Shown here: piece by piece, positions 8,597 through 18,470 of the stretch
How positions within the stretch are numbered: position 1 is the first letter of the stretch
Layout: each line of letters begins with the position of its first letter
IMG/VR virus record: IMGVR_UViG_3300020460_000042
Location: 1-29,801 of that record
Direction: 5' to 3' (one strand)
Source: a virus
Lineage: Duplodnaviria > Caudoviricetes
DNA length: 29,801 nt
Translations under genes and position numbers: made by a program
Notes under the pieces: model-generated
The model's database searches: none
What the model saw: only the letters and a program-made list of their open reading frames with translations
What the model was told of the DNA's origin: nothing

Positions 8597-10170
8597 CTGC
8601 GCGCACCTTCGCGGTACTTCATCGAGAAGCCCTGCAGCGCCCAGTCCACGTCGGTGTTGGACTCGAAGGCCACGCATGGGTAGCGCCCGGTCATGCGGAA
8701 CGTCACCTTGCGGTCCTGTTCGGGGTCGAAGTCCTTCTCCACTTGCCACGTAACGGGCCCGTTCGGGTCGTCTTGCGTACCCACGTACACTTTAAAGACG
8801 CCCCCGGTCGCCCGTGGCCAGAGTTCGGTGATGGTCATCTTCCGCTCGCCGTTGGGCACCCGCAGGCCCAATCTCTCAATACGCGAGGTGCGATTGACGC
8901 CGTCGAACTGGTTAGTCTTCTCCGCTCGGAAGATGGGGCCGCCTGTAACGCCAGCACCGGAGTCATCACCGCCAAGTAGCAGCTGACCCCCAACAATATT
9001 GAATGAGCGCTCGTCCCAAGATTGCGTTTCGACGTCCCAATTGTTAGCGGAAGACGTCCAGGTCTCCGTGGACAAACCAGTTATATCTATGCCATCCGCA
9101 AGCGAGATACATCCTGCCGGAAGGTCGCGGACGCCCCAAGTGTTATCGTTTACGTTCCACACCAGGGCGAGATTGTTGTAGGTGCTGCCCTGGCCAGGGA
9201 ACGCGATCCAGACCTCGTTCAACAACCGGTGGACTTGCACCTGGGCGAACCCGTAGTTGGACTCGTCCAGCTGGTTGAAAAGGAAGCGGCGGTTACGGCG
9301 GTCGATAATGCTACGCACCGTTTGGCCGTCAGTCATGACCACATCCTGGTCAGTCACATAGATATGGTTGCCTCGGAAGGCGCCAACCGCCCTTCTAGAT
9401 AACACCCCAGCCGCCCGGCTGATGGGCCGGAACGACCAGATAAGGTCGCCACCGATGTATTGCATCGCGATGGCGTCACGTTCGGTGTAAAGCATCGCCT
9501 GCTCGCGTAACCCCAAACCCGCGAGGAGGGTGGACCCGACCGCGTCTCCGAGGTCGAACTCCCCCGCCTGCTTGGTGGCGTCGGTTATGTCCCAAGACGT
9601 CGGCAAGCCCCCAGCTGCGGCCTCGTCGGACCACTTCACGCGGAAGGGGCGACGGGTGCCCGTGTCCGTTATGTCTAGCGCTATCAAGAACCCCCTGTGC
9701 GCGAATATAGAGCCGGCCCGGCAGTTGGAGTTCCAACCGGTCAGGATGGCTGCGGGGGTGCCTGTGTCCAAAGCCCACGAGTGGGGCTGGTCCACCCCGT
9801 TGTTAAAAACGAGGTTTTGATTCAAGAACGCCCAGGTGAATATGTCAGACCGGGTGTTTGTAAGGGCAACCGAGGGGCTAATGTCGTGCTGGGTCGTGCC
9901 GTCAAACGCGTACAGCTTCGGGGTCGCGCCAGACAACGTCGCATGCGCCCAATAGTGTTGGGTGTTGCTGCTCACCGGCATGATGGCTAGAACATCATCG
10001 ACGTTGGTGTTGTCACTACCGACATCATGGCCCGGAAAGGACACAGCAGAGCCGTCCCGGAACCTTACATTCTGGGCAGAAGTCCAGGCGTTAGGTGGGG
10101 CCTCGTGAGGCGGGGCGTCAGCCACGACCCCGACCTCACCAGCCCCGTTGAACTCTAGCCACTGTTGCAT
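8593..10170 (-). CDS. Tail nozzle/head-closure protein (P22 gp10-like), 525 aa
   Basis: NAWTSAQNVRF, RVKWSD and a Trp/beta-strand-rich, propeller-like sequence; synteny. Confidence 0.72.
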   Translation of the reverse strand: MQQWLEFNGAGEVGVVADAPPHEAPPNAWTSAQNVRFRDGSAVSFPGHDVGSDNTNVDDVLAIMPVSSNTQHYWAHATLSGATPKLYAFDGTTQHDISPSVALTNTRSDIFTWAFLNQNLVFNNGVDQPHSWALDTGTPAAILTGWNSNCRAGSIFAHRGFLIALDITDTGTRRPFRVKWSDEAAAGGLPTSWDITDATKQAGEFDLGDAVGSTLLAGLGLREQAMLYTERDAIAMQYIGGDLIWSFRPISRAAGVLSRRAVGAFRGNHIYVTDQDVVMTDGQTVRSIIDRRNRRFLFNQLDESNYGFAQVQVHRLLNEVWIAFPGQGSTYNNLALVWNVNDNTWGVRDLPAGCISLADGIDITGLSTETWTSSANNWDVETQSWDERSFNIVGGQLLLGGDDSGAGVTGGPIFRAEKTNQFDGVNRTSRIERLGLRVPNGERKMTITELWPRATGGVFKVYVGTQDDPNGPVTWQVEKDFDPEQDRKVTFRMTGRYPCVAFESNTDVDWALQGFSMKYREGARR

Positions 10171-10886
10171 TAGAGCGCCCTGATGAAGAAATGCAGCGCC
10201 AGTGAGGGCTGCAAGTTGTTGTGCGCGCCATCGCCCCCAGTGGACCCCGTGGTGCCCGCACCGGGGGTCGCAGAGACGTTGCCACTGCCATCATGCGAAG
10301 CGGTGGACTGGTTACCAACGCTATGCGTATGGGCCGGCATCTCAGCCACCGTCAGGGTGTGAGTTTCTGCGCCGTCTTTATCCGCCAGGGAGAAAGCTGT
10401 AGCGTCGGTAGCGTCACCGGTGCCAACACCGACAGGGACACGCCCCCGCAGGTCTGGCAGGTTGAAAGTAGTGCTGCCGTCACCTGTGCCGTAGGTCGTG
10501 CCTATGAGGGCGAACAGGGTGGCGTAGGTCGTGCGGCTCACTGCCTGGGCATTACACTCCAGCCAATCGCTGCCGGCGGTCGCCGCCGACCGTAGCTTGA
10601 TGTCTCCCACCTCGGACCCTTCGAGTGCAGCGATGGCTGCTGTGTTTGTCGCGGTGTCGGTGGTGAGGGTGTTTAGCTGAGTCTGAATGGCAGACGTTAC
10701 GCCCACCACGTAATTAAGTTCCGCAGCGGTAGGGTTAACCGTTACGCTGTTGCCCAGGTTCGGAAAGTTCGCCTGCAGTACGGTCTTCAGCAGCCGCAGA
10801 TGGTCGTCGCCCTGTCGCACGGGGTCGGTAGCCAAGGGCCAAGCGGTGTTCAGGTCCGCGATAAAAGTGACAGATTCTAATCCCAT
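10170..10886 (-). CDS. Tail collar domain fibre protein
   Basis: GDDHLRLLK N-terminus; collar motif WLECNAQAVSRTTYATLFALIGTTYGTGDGSTTFNLPDLRGR; HNNLQP C-terminus. Confidence 0.9.
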   Translation of the reverse strand: MGLESVTFIADLNTAWPLATDPVRQGDDHLRLLKTVLQANFPNLGNSVTVNPTAAELNYVVGVTSAIQTQLNTLTTDTATNTAAIAALEGSEVGDIKLRSAATAGSDWLECNAQAVSRTTYATLFALIGTTYGTGDGSTTFNLPDLRGRVPVGVGTGDATDATAFSLADKDGAETHTLTVAEMPAHTHSVGNQSTASHDGSGNVSATPGAGTTGSTGGDGAHNNLQPSLALHFFIRAL

Positions 10887-10897
10887 GCTTTAAAGCC

Positions 10898-11080
10898 TCA
10901 CAGGTCGCTTAGGGCCGCACGTTGCGTCCAAGTGGTGTCAGTGCCCTCAGACTCCAGCAAAATGGTGGCAGTGCCATCAGTGTCCGACTCCAACAAAAAC
11001 GGGTTGGCGCCGTCCCCAGTGTCAGACTCCAGCAGCAGGTCTAACGCATTGATGCCACGTAGTTCAGTCCAGACTGGCAT
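10898..11080 (-). CDS. Small acidic protein with three LLES repeats, 60 aa
   Basis: TGATG coupling to the upstream gene; fills the gap exactly. Confidence 0.7.
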   Translation of the reverse strand: MPVWTELRGINALDLLLESDTGDGANPFLLESDTDGTATILLESEGTDTTWTQRAALSDL

Positions 11081-11691
11081 CAGACCGCTCGCACCGACAG
11101 CTGACCACTAGGGAAAGCCTCCTCTGCCGTATCTGCCGCCACTTCGGTCAGCGCCTTCTGATACCGCGCCTCCCACAGAGCGAACATCTCGTTGTCTTTC
11201 AGCCAGGGCTCAGCCTCAACTAGGCACCCATACAGCAGGAGGTCTGGCACCTGTTCCAAAAACACGTTAGTGGTAACAGTGCTGGACAGCACTTGCTGCT
11301 TTTTCCAGTACGCCATCTCCAGGGTATACGCCCCGTCCGGTATCGGACCCAGCCGGATGCGGTCCCCTAACACAGTGAAGCTGTTGGGCTTGCCGGATGA
11401 GTTCAGCCCGATGTCGTCATCGAACTCGGCCAGGGGCTTAAAGTCGAGGCCTAATGTACTGGTGCCGGTGTCAATCTTCAGTCGCCGCATACCATTGTAG
11501 CGGTCTGGCTTTGCTACCCAAGCATCGCCGGCCACAGTGCTGGCGGTCACCAGGGTGGTCTGTTCCTCCAGCTTCAACAGACGATTCAGGCGGGCATGGA
11601 CCAACGTTAACATGTAGTCGACCTGGGCATTGACGTCATCGTTGTCTGCCCAGGACTGGAACACGGTTACAAAGTTCGCGTAGTTGTCCAT
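11080..11691 (-). CDS. Head-tail adaptor protein
   Basis: ARLNRLL, GKPNSF, LGPIPD and PDLLLYGCLVEAEPWLKD motifs; SD GGAGG. Confidence 0.8.
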   Translation of the reverse strand: MDNYANFVTVFQSWADNDDVNAQVDYMLTLVHARLNRLLKLEEQTTLVTASTVAGDAWVAKPDRYNGMRRLKIDTGTSTLGLDFKPLAEFDDDIGLNSSGKPNSFTVLGDRIRLGPIPDGAYTLEMAYWKKQQVLSSTVTTNVFLEQVPDLLLYGCLVEAEPWLKDNEMFALWEARYQKALTEVAADTAEEAFPSGQLSVRAV

Positions 11692-11704
11692 GCTTTAAAG
11701 CCTC

Positions 11705-12364
11705 CTACCACCCGGTATCCAGGTCGGCCAGAGCCAGCCTGAGAGCATCCACATCAGCCGCATTCTCTGCGGCATCAAGCAATGTACTTTCACGGTTGTT
11801 CACTCTCAGTATGTCCAGCGCGTACTGTCTGCTGAGAACCTCAAATTGAGCCTCATCTACTGGCAGTCTGACACGCTCCTGGTCTATCTGTCTTATCGCA
11901 TCGAAGCGGATGGGGCTTTCCGAATACATGTTACCGGCGCCCAAAGCAGCGCCCAACATCTTGACCTGCTCCTCAGTAGCGCCACGGTTGAACTCATGAC
12001 CGGCCACTACGATGGGCCGGTTACGCTCGCGGTCGGCGCGGTTTCGAACCCGGGTAAGAACGTGCGTGCGAGCGCTCTCCAGAGACATGTCGGATTCTTG
12101 CCATTGCACCTGCCCAGCGTCGTCTACCCGGGTGATACCCAGCATAGCCACCTCTGTAAGGGTCTTACTGGGGGCCGGGGGCGAGGGGTTAATCAATCGC
12201 AAAATGCCCAGACCGGCCAAGAACGCGTCTGTTTGCTTGCACAGGAAAGGGTAAGTGTAGCGTTTGCCCCCGCTGGCGGCGTCAGCCCGCTGCTCTACGG
12301 CATTGGGCGACGCCTCTGCATACACGTTTGGGCTGGTCTCTACCGCGTACGGTCTCATGCTCAT
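11705..12364 (-). CDS. Probable tail-fibre assembly/accessory protein (DUF4376-like C-terminus)
   Basis: Directly follows the large fibre gene (ATGA overlap); helical C-half ending in TGW. Confidence 0.55.
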   Translation of the reverse strand: MSMRPYAVETSPNVYAEASPNAVEQRADAASGGKRYTYPFLCKQTDAFLAGLGILRLINPSPPAPSKTLTEVAMLGITRVDDAGQVQWQESDMSLESARTHVLTRVRNRADRERNRPIVVAGHEFNRGATEEQVKMLGAALGAGNMYSESPIRFDAIRQIDQERVRLPVDEAQFEVLSRQYALDILRVNNRESTLLDAAENAADVDALRLALADLDTGW

Positions 12365-14742
12365 CTCCCAGGTATTGGCGGTAAGCCCGCGCCAGGGGCC
12401 ACATCAGCAAAAGCGATGTAGTGGTACGTTGTGTTGTCGGAGTTAAGCCAACTATGGGTATCGCGAATCTTGAACCCAGTGGCCAATGCATCGATGTTAA
12501 GCCCTGACGACGTCTCCGGAACAGGTGCGTCAGTTTGCAAATAGACGGTTAGTGGCTGCACGGTGTCACGGGCGGTGTCGAAGCAGACCCAGCCGCCCCC
12601 TGAAGCCGATGATTTGATAATTATCCAACGTCCTTCGAATCCAACATCAAACATTGGTCCGTCGGCGTCGCCGTTGCCCACGTATGCGCCGATGTCACAA
12701 ACCCCTGGAACGCTGCGGAAGCAAAGCATCACGTAATCTCCCGCGCCGAAATTCGTGCCGGTGTTTATAACTGTCGCGGTCGGTGCGGACGTGTACACCG
12801 TAGGAGCGGTTGAGTCGCCATCAGTCGAGTCAAGCTGCAGGAAGTCGTTGCCGCCCATGCCGGTCATCCAGGTGTACCACGCATCAGTCCCGGTGAGAGT
12901 TTTGACGGTGACAAAGTCAGGAGCCCCTGACAACCCGTGCCCAAGAGTTGCGTTTGCCCCAGCGAGTGTCAACGTCGCAATAGACATGTGCCCTTCGGGC
13001 GCGACCTGGACGGTTGTCGTTACGCTGCCGTTACCGTTGCTAGACGTCGTTCCGGCGTTGCCTTTCCAGCACCATGCGACTTGGTTATTGGTGCCGCTGG
13101 CGTTCATTCCAGAATGGCTGCCAAGGCTGAACCCGTCAGAGTCAAAGGCGGTAACCCCCGAGCGAGTTTGTTCTGCCCCATTATCCGATGGGAAGATAAC
13201 TTTCGTCGTGCCACGGGTGCTGTCGTAAAGTTCAAAATCTGTAGACGAGGGCTTGTCCTTACCCCAAATTAAATCGGGCTGGAACCCTGCGCCTGTGATG
13301 CTTTGCGTTGAGGCATTGCCGCTATATATGAGCGCCTGGAACAGGTCTACACCCTGCGCAGACGGCGCTGCAAGGTTGCTGTACTTCGGAGGCGTATACC
13401 CTGCCGTCGGTGTGTGCGTCATGGCTGCGGTTTCCGCGATAACGCGGGCGTCGGCGCCGTTATACGCGTCGATACCAAAGAACACCGGCGCTTCTAAACC
13501 CGCCGAAGATGTTGTCGATTGCAGCGAGCCGTTTTTATACCAACGGATCACGTCGCTATCCAAATCTACTTCGATCGCTATGTGGTCATTGGTCGTAAAT
13601 GATGCAGGTCCACTATCGATGGTAGACCCTTCATGTAGTATCGCCCCGCTTGGATCGTAGCCATAACTGCCCGGCACAGCCGCAGCGCCTAATTCATACG
13701 AACCAGACACCGCATTCACCGACCTGCTCTGCATGGTCGCCAAGTCCATCAGTCCGACTTTGGGATAGCTGGAAGTGTTGTTGGTGATGTCAAACTCGAT
13801 AACGTGTTGGCCCGAGTAAAACCCTGGCGTAACAACCAGCAGGTTTGCCTCGGAACTGTCTGACGAGCCACCGACGGCTCCGCCTTCTTCAAAGAATACG
13901 TTTCCGCCTCCACGGAACAGCGGATTAAAAATTGGCAGCGGGTCGGTGGGAGTATCGTTACTGCCATTGGCCGCGTCGGACATGCTGCTCGCGGTAAAAT
14001 TGTTGCCTTTGCTACTATCGTCTGTGCCATCGCCAATGTCGCTTGCGAGGAAAAAACTCGCAGTTCCACCCGCGTTGGCTAGCGCAGCTAGGGCGGACTC
14101 GGATTTAGGATAGTAGACAGTACCGTTAGTCCCCACGGTGTCGCTTGACCACACGTCGCTTGGAGTAAGCACGGTGTTATCCGCGTGCAAAATAGCTGCA
14201 AATGAGCCTCCCCAGTAATTTTGCAGCGAACTATAACTCTGCACACCAATATGTTGGCTAGTGCCGTTGTTCCACGCCGTATCGTAATTTTCACCAGGGT
14301 TTGTGCGGGCGACTGTCTCTACCGTTTGTTCGACACCATTGAGGTACAGCCGCCAGCGATGTGCCTCAGTTGAATTTGCGGTATCGCAAACGCATAAGAA
14401 CGTGTACCACTCGTTGTCACGGATTTTGCCTTCGCTATACACAGCGGCATTAACAGCGCCGCCGCTGTAATCGAAAAATGACAGATCTTGTTCTGAGCGC
14501 AACAAAAGAGCGGTTTGGGACGAAGTGCCGTTCGCGCATTCAAAAATGTAGCGGCTATTGGCGCTAAAATCGGTAATCCGAAACGCGCCAAAAATGGACC
14601 ATTTGCGAGTGCTAGTGCCCGTGACGCTGCTGCGCGAAAGGTAATCAGCGCTACCGTCCAACCACGCGGAGCGAGTTATGTTATCGGCGCCGGGCCAGCC
14701 CCCTGCGGCTTGGAAATTATTCTCGTCAGTCAAGAACGACAC
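12361..14742 (-). CDS. Large receptor-binding/tail protein with LamG-like and SPRY-like domains, 793 aa
   Basis: DGSADYLSR...WRLYLNG (ConA/LamG-like), DHIAIEVDLDSDVIRWYKNG (SPRY-like), and QSITGAGFQPDLIWGK and GAYVGNG repeats typical of marine phage structural proteins. Confidence 0.75.
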   Translation of the reverse strand: MSFLTDENNFQAAGGWPGADNITRSAWLDGSADYLSRSSVTGTSTRKWSIFGAFRITDFSANSRYIFECANGTSSQTALLLRSEQDLSFFDYSGGAVNAAVYSEGKIRDNEWYTFLCVCDTANSTEAHRWRLYLNGVEQTVETVARTNPGENYDTAWNNGTSQHIGVQSYSSLQNYWGGSFAAILHADNTVLTPSDVWSSDTVGTNGTVYYPKSESALAALANAGGTASFFLASDIGDGTDDSSKGNNFTASSMSDAANGSNDTPTDPLPIFNPLFRGGGNVFFEEGGAVGGSSDSSEANLLVVTPGFYSGQHVIEFDITNNTSSYPKVGLMDLATMQSRSVNAVSGSYELGAAAVPGSYGYDPSGAILHEGSTIDSGPASFTTNDHIAIEVDLDSDVIRWYKNGSLQSTTSSAGLEAPVFFGIDAYNGADARVIAETAAMTHTPTAGYTPPKYSNLAAPSAQGVDLFQALIYSGNASTQSITGAGFQPDLIWGKDKPSSTDFELYDSTRGTTKVIFPSDNGAEQTRSGVTAFDSDGFSLGSHSGMNASGTNNQVAWCWKGNAGTTSSNGNGSVTTTVQVAPEGHMSIATLTLAGANATLGHGLSGAPDFVTVKTLTGTDAWYTWMTGMGGNDFLQLDSTDGDSTAPTVYTSAPTATVINTGTNFGAGDYVMLCFRSVPGVCDIGAYVGNGDADGPMFDVGFEGRWIIIKSSASGGGWVCFDTARDTVQPLTVYLQTDAPVPETSSGLNIDALATGFKIRDTHSWLNSDNTTYHYIAFADVAPGAGLPPIPGR

Positions 14743-15611
14743 TAGGTCTTCTCCGCTCCTAAGTCGACGATGTAGTTAGACCCGACCCGATTAATAACCA
14801 CCTTCTGAATGCCGCTTGCCGTGCCAGTTAAGCTAAAGCTGCCGACACCTTTAAAGCTTGCGTTCCACCCGCTAATGTCTCGGCCCCCGGTGCCGTCTTG
14901 GGTGAGTATCCAGGTTAAGCTTTCGCCGTCGTCCATCGTTGGCACATTCACCGTGGTGACGTTGCCGGTCAGGGTCGAATGTATAACGTTCCCACTAGCA
15001 GTGCTGAGAGACGCGGTGCCAGACGCAGGGCCTGTCTGAGGGGTAAACCCCTGGCCAGCGGTCCACTGCTGGTCTACGTCCAATTTGGCGGTGTCAGCGT
15101 CATACGCCTGCACATCTGAACCAATGGCCACGCCCAGGTTGGTACGGGCTGTAGCCGCGTCAGACGCGCCGGTGCCGCCGTTTGTCACGGCAAGGTCAGT
15201 GCCAGACCAGTTGCCATCGTTAACAGTGTTCGCAGTGGCCAGCGAACCTAAACCGCTGATTTTAGCCTGCGAGATGCTATTGACCGCCACATCTGTGGCA
15301 TCGTCCCCGCCATCATCCGTCAGCGTAAACTCTGCCCCGAAGTTGAGGTTAGTCCGCTGCGTCATGGCCGTCCCATTGGCCTGGATAGTGTGCGGACCTG
15401 CGCCGGCTGCAATAACCGCCCAGGCGCCATTATTCCGGGCGTAATTACTGCCGTCGCTTGGGGCGTCCTGCAGATAACGGGTATCTAGCGTTGACAGCAC
15501 CAGTGACCACTGAATGCTGACGTTAGTGGCTGACCGCTCAGCGGGCAGCTTATCCGTGGAGAGGATGCTGACCGCAGCAGTGAGCGCGCTAATCTTTGAA
15601 CCGGCCATCAT
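14742..15611 (-). CDS. Tail fibre-like structural protein, 289 aa
   Basis: KISALTA start, foldon-like [32 protein letters not shown] and LTQDGTGGR. Confidence 0.78.
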   Translation of the reverse strand: MMAGSKISALTAAVSILSTDKLPAERSATNVSIQWSLVLSTLDTRYLQDAPSDGSNYARNNGAWAVIAAGAGPHTIQANGTAMTQRTNLNFGAEFTLTDDGGDDATDVAVNSISQAKISGLGSLATANTVNDGNWSGTDLAVTNGGTGASDAATARTNLGVAIGSDVQAYDADTAKLDVDQQWTAGQGFTPQTGPASGTASLSTASGNVIHSTLTGNVTTVNVPTMDDGESLTWILTQDGTGGRDISGWNASFKGVGSFSLTGTASGIQKVVINRVGSNYIVDLGAEKT

Positions 15612-15943
15612 GCCCTCCCGTCGTAGGTCTTCAGGTGGCAGTAGTCTCGGTCGTTCAGCTTAGCCAAAAGCCATGCTTGTGCGTCTTTGCTGCCGGTCCT
15701 AAGTTCTGGGTTCTCGCGGCAAAACTGTTCGTATACCCAAGTCGGAATACTGGCCACGTGGTGGCCCCAAGTCTCGGTGCCGCGTTGGATGTCTTTATTA
15801 ACGCCACGCTTGCGAGAGTTCTCATCTAACGCAGCCTGAACGTTGGTGCCAACCGTTACCAGGGTGACCCCAGTATCGTCCGGTTCGATGTACTGCATCA
15901 TGCCCATGTCGGGGGATGCGTCCAGGAGGATACGCTTGCTCAT
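15608..15943 (-). CDS. Hypothetical protein, 111 aa (start revised to ATG 15943)
   Basis: ATGA overlaps at both ends; HVASIP motif. Confidence 0.7.
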   Translation of the reverse strand: MSKRILLDASPDMGMMQYIEPDDTGVTLVTVGTNVQAALDENSRKRGVNKDIQRGTETWGHHVASIPTWVYEQFCRENPELRTGSKDAQAWLLAKLNDRDYCHLKTYDGRA

Positions 15944-16122
15944 GGCTTCTCTCGGCTTCCGCCTACAGGCAGAACCCACCACCCGCCGCCGATAGGCTGC
16001 CCAAAGCGCGCCGCGCCCGGCTTAGTGCCAGATGCCCGGCTGGCCTCGGGGTGGATGTTGGGCTGCACCAGGGGGCGGTGGGCCAGTTTCGGAACTGGCG
16101 GAATAATTGGTCGCTTGGCCAT
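15940..16122 (-). CDS. Small basic Pro-rich protein, 60 aa
   Basis: SD AAGGA upstream; coupled to the next gene. Confidence 0.6.
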   Translation of the reverse strand: MAKRPIIPPVPKLAHRPLVQPNIHPEASRASGTKPGAARFGQPIGGGWWVLPVGGSREKP

Positions 16123-16138
16123 CTTGACTTCCTTTAAA

Positions 16139-16164
16139 GCGAGGGGGCTTTGAAGCCCCCTCGC
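16139..16164 (-). terminator. Hairpin after the major capsid gene (probably a leaky terminator or stabiliser)
   Basis: 11-bp stem GCGAGGGGGCT/AGCCCCCTCGC with a 4-nt loop, followed on the - strand by only TTT. Confidence 0.7.
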
Positions 16165-16183
16165 CGGTGGGTCAAGCCGAAGC

Positions 16184-17227
16184 TTAACTGTAGGTCATCG
16201 CCGTGCTGTTGAGGTCGGCAATACAGAACGAAGCAGCTTCGTTGTTGGAGCGGAGGCCCCAATCGCAGATAAGCTGGCGCCGTTCGGAGTCGCCGTTCTT
16301 CGCAAGACGGTTGGTGCGGAACGACCGCAGATACAGCATGCCCCACATAGACATCTGCAGACCGCAGATGTAGGTGTCGTCGGGTGCAGTACCGTTGTGG
16401 CCCCAGAAGCGGTTCGGCACCATCTGCAGCGCGCCGAAGTCCGAGACAAAGACGTCCACAGCACCGGTGGCAGTTGCCTGCCCTTTACCCTGGCCCTCGG
16501 TGTCTTTGTACAACGTTGCCACGCGGGCGCTGGACGTGAAGAGATACTCGGAGATGAGTTGCTTCTTCGCCGGGCTTGACATCAGCACCGTGGGCTCGCC
16601 GCCTTCGAGGTACGCTGCTAACACTTGAGCCCGCAAAAGGGTCTCAGTGAGTCCACGTGCCGTGCCTGCCGTAGGAGCGGAAACTGCCCCAGAAGCCCAG
16701 CCGCCAGCTGCACCGGAACCGGCGCCTGCGGAGTAGTTGGTGGAGATCCAGGCCTTCATGCCGCCGGTCTCGGATGCCGTGGTGCTGTTACCAGCAACCG
16801 AGGCGTTGCCCGAGGTCACAATGGCCTCCATGTCACGCTTCAGAGCCTTGCCAGCTTTGGCCAGCTGATACCCCATCTCTGAACGCCGGCCAGCGGTGTC
16901 CACCGCTTCAGCACGCCCGGAGACAAAGATACGCTTGTCCGAGATTTGCATGTGGTTGCCCACACGCGTGGACTTAGAGGACTGGTCGGTGCCGGCATCA
17001 GCGCCGTCTATGACCGCGTTAGACGGGTTCACCGCCGCGAGGTCGTCAGTCTGCCACTCGGAGTATGTGTTCTTCGCGCGGCCACGCCCGATGCCACTCA
17101 TGAACGGAGTGTTGTAAGGCGCGATGTTGTAAATCATGTTCGACAAGTCCTCACGGACATTGTCATCGTAGCGGTCGAGATACGTTCCCCCGGAGAGGTC
17201 GTATCGGTCAAAGTTAGTGCTGGACAT
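16184..17227 (-). CDS. Major capsid protein (DUF5309/SU10-like)
   Basis: REDLSNMIYNIAPYNTPF, EWQTDDL, LKRDME, VSDFG and LAKNGDSE; follows the scaffold gene, with SD GAGGT and a downstream hairpin. Confidence 0.9.
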   Translation of the reverse strand: MSSTNFDRYDLSGGTYLDRYDDNVREDLSNMIYNIAPYNTPFMSGIGRGRAKNTYSEWQTDDLAAVNPSNAVIDGADAGTDQSSKSTRVGNHMQISDKRIFVSGRAEAVDTAGRRSEMGYQLAKAGKALKRDMEAIVTSGNASVAGNSTTASETGGMKAWISTNYSAGAGSGAAGGWASGAVSAPTAGTARGLTETLLRAQVLAAYLEGGEPTVLMSSPAKKQLISEYLFTSSARVATLYKDTEGQGKGQATATGAVDVFVSDFGALQMVPNRFWGHNGTAPDDTYICGLQMSMWGMLYLRSFRTNRLAKNGDSERRQLICDWGLRSNNEAASFCIADLNSTAMTYS

Positions 17228-17255
17228 TGGGTTACCTCTTTAAAGCCAGTACACG

Positions 17256-18470
17256 TTACAACAAATTATCTACGATGCCGCTTTCGATGAATGCGAGCGC
17301 TGCATCGCGGTCGGAGCCCGACTGGGCCAGTCGCTGTTGCGCCGCTTGAGACCTGTCGCGGGAGTTCTGCCGTTCGGTGGTGGCGGCGCCCGGCTTACGC
17401 ACACGGGGTACGTTAGTCAGCCGCTTAGCCAGAGGTATCGTGCGTTTCCCTTCCCCGTCACTAGTGCCCTCAGTCAGCCCCCGCCGATAGCGGACAGCGT
17501 CGTTGATGACACGCAGCATACGGTGGTCCAGAATGCCCTGCACCTCTTCATCCTGGAATCCGTAGCCGGCTAAGTATTGATGATACTCATTCAGCAACGG
17601 TGTACGGGTTTCCGAGTTGGCGAGTTCAGGCAGATGCTCAAACAGCGCGTTCTGCTGTTCTTGAACCCACAGCTGCTGTTGCTGCTGCTGTTCCTGTAGC
17701 TGCTGCTGCTGCTGTTGCTGTATCTGGCCCACAATCATCTGCGTTTCTTGCTGAATGCTTGCGGTCTCCATAGACAGCTGTTGCTGCATCGCAGCGTACT
17801 CGCCTGGGTCCTCCACCCGTAGCCTGTTCCAGTCGATACCTTCGTATTTGGCCATAACCCGGTCATGCATCGCCTTGCCCATCGCGAGGGTGTTCTGCAT
17901 GACCTGCGACAGCTGCTCGTTACGCTGCGCGTACTCCTGTTCCAGCTGCTCTCGTTGTCGCGCAACCTCTTGGCTGCGCCGTGTGACGTTCGCTTCGGTT
18001 TGGTAGCCCTTCACCAGTTCCGCGAGAGTGGCCTGCCCGCGCTCCCCGTCTATGGTGGTGGTCAAGGCCAGTGTGCCATCGTCGTTAACGATAAGCTGGT
18101 CCTCTTCCACGCCAAGCAGGGCCGCAACGGTGGCTGCCTCTAGTTCTGGTCCGGCATCATCCGGGTCGTCGTCAGTAGCCGTCTCCTTTTCAGGTTCCGG
18201 TTCAGGCTGTGAAGCCTGACGTGCATCCTCTCCAGTTTCAGCATCATCATCATGCCGAGTGAGCGGAGGGGCAGTTTGAGAGTCTTCACTGGGAGAAGAC
18301 GCACGTCGGGTCTCACGGTCCTGGTCGAAAAAGTCTATATCGTCGCCGCCTTGCTGGGCAATGTAGTTGGCAATCTCCTCCCCCGCATCCAATTCATTCA
18401 TAGACTGCATGTGTGAGAAGTCAGGTGCCGGGGCGCTGCCCTGCTGTTCTGCTGCGGTTCGGACTGTCAC
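17256..18470 (-). CDS. Capsid scaffolding protein
   Basis: Acidic N-terminus, TLAELVKGYQ...TRRSQE, IDWNRLRVEDPGEY, coiled coil and KPG C-terminus; directly upstream of the capsid gene. Confidence 0.85.
   Translation of the reverse strand: MTVRTAAEQQGSAPAPDFSHMQSMNELDAGEEIANYIAQQGGDDIDFFDQDRETRRASSPSEDSQTAPPLTRHDDDAETGEDARQASQPEPEPEKETATDDDPDDAGPELEAATVAALLGVEEDQLIVNDDGTLALTTTIDGERGQATLAELVKGYQTEANVTRRSQEVARQREQLEQEYAQRNEQLSQVMQNTLAMGKAMHDRVMAKYEGIDWNRLRVEDPGEYAAMQQQLSMETASIQQETQMIVGQIQQQQQQQLQEQQQQQQLWVQEQQNALFEHLPELANSETRTPLLNEYHQYLAGYGFQDEEVQGILDHRMLRVINDAVRYRRGLTEGTSDGEGKRTIPLAKRLTNVPRVRKPGAATTERQNSRDRSQAAQQRLAQSGSDRDAALAFIESGIVDNLL

Noticed and set aside
10170-15611. Diversity-generating retroelement or invertible tail cassette
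   Set aside because: No reverse transcriptase, invertase or template/variable repeat pair seen in the window.
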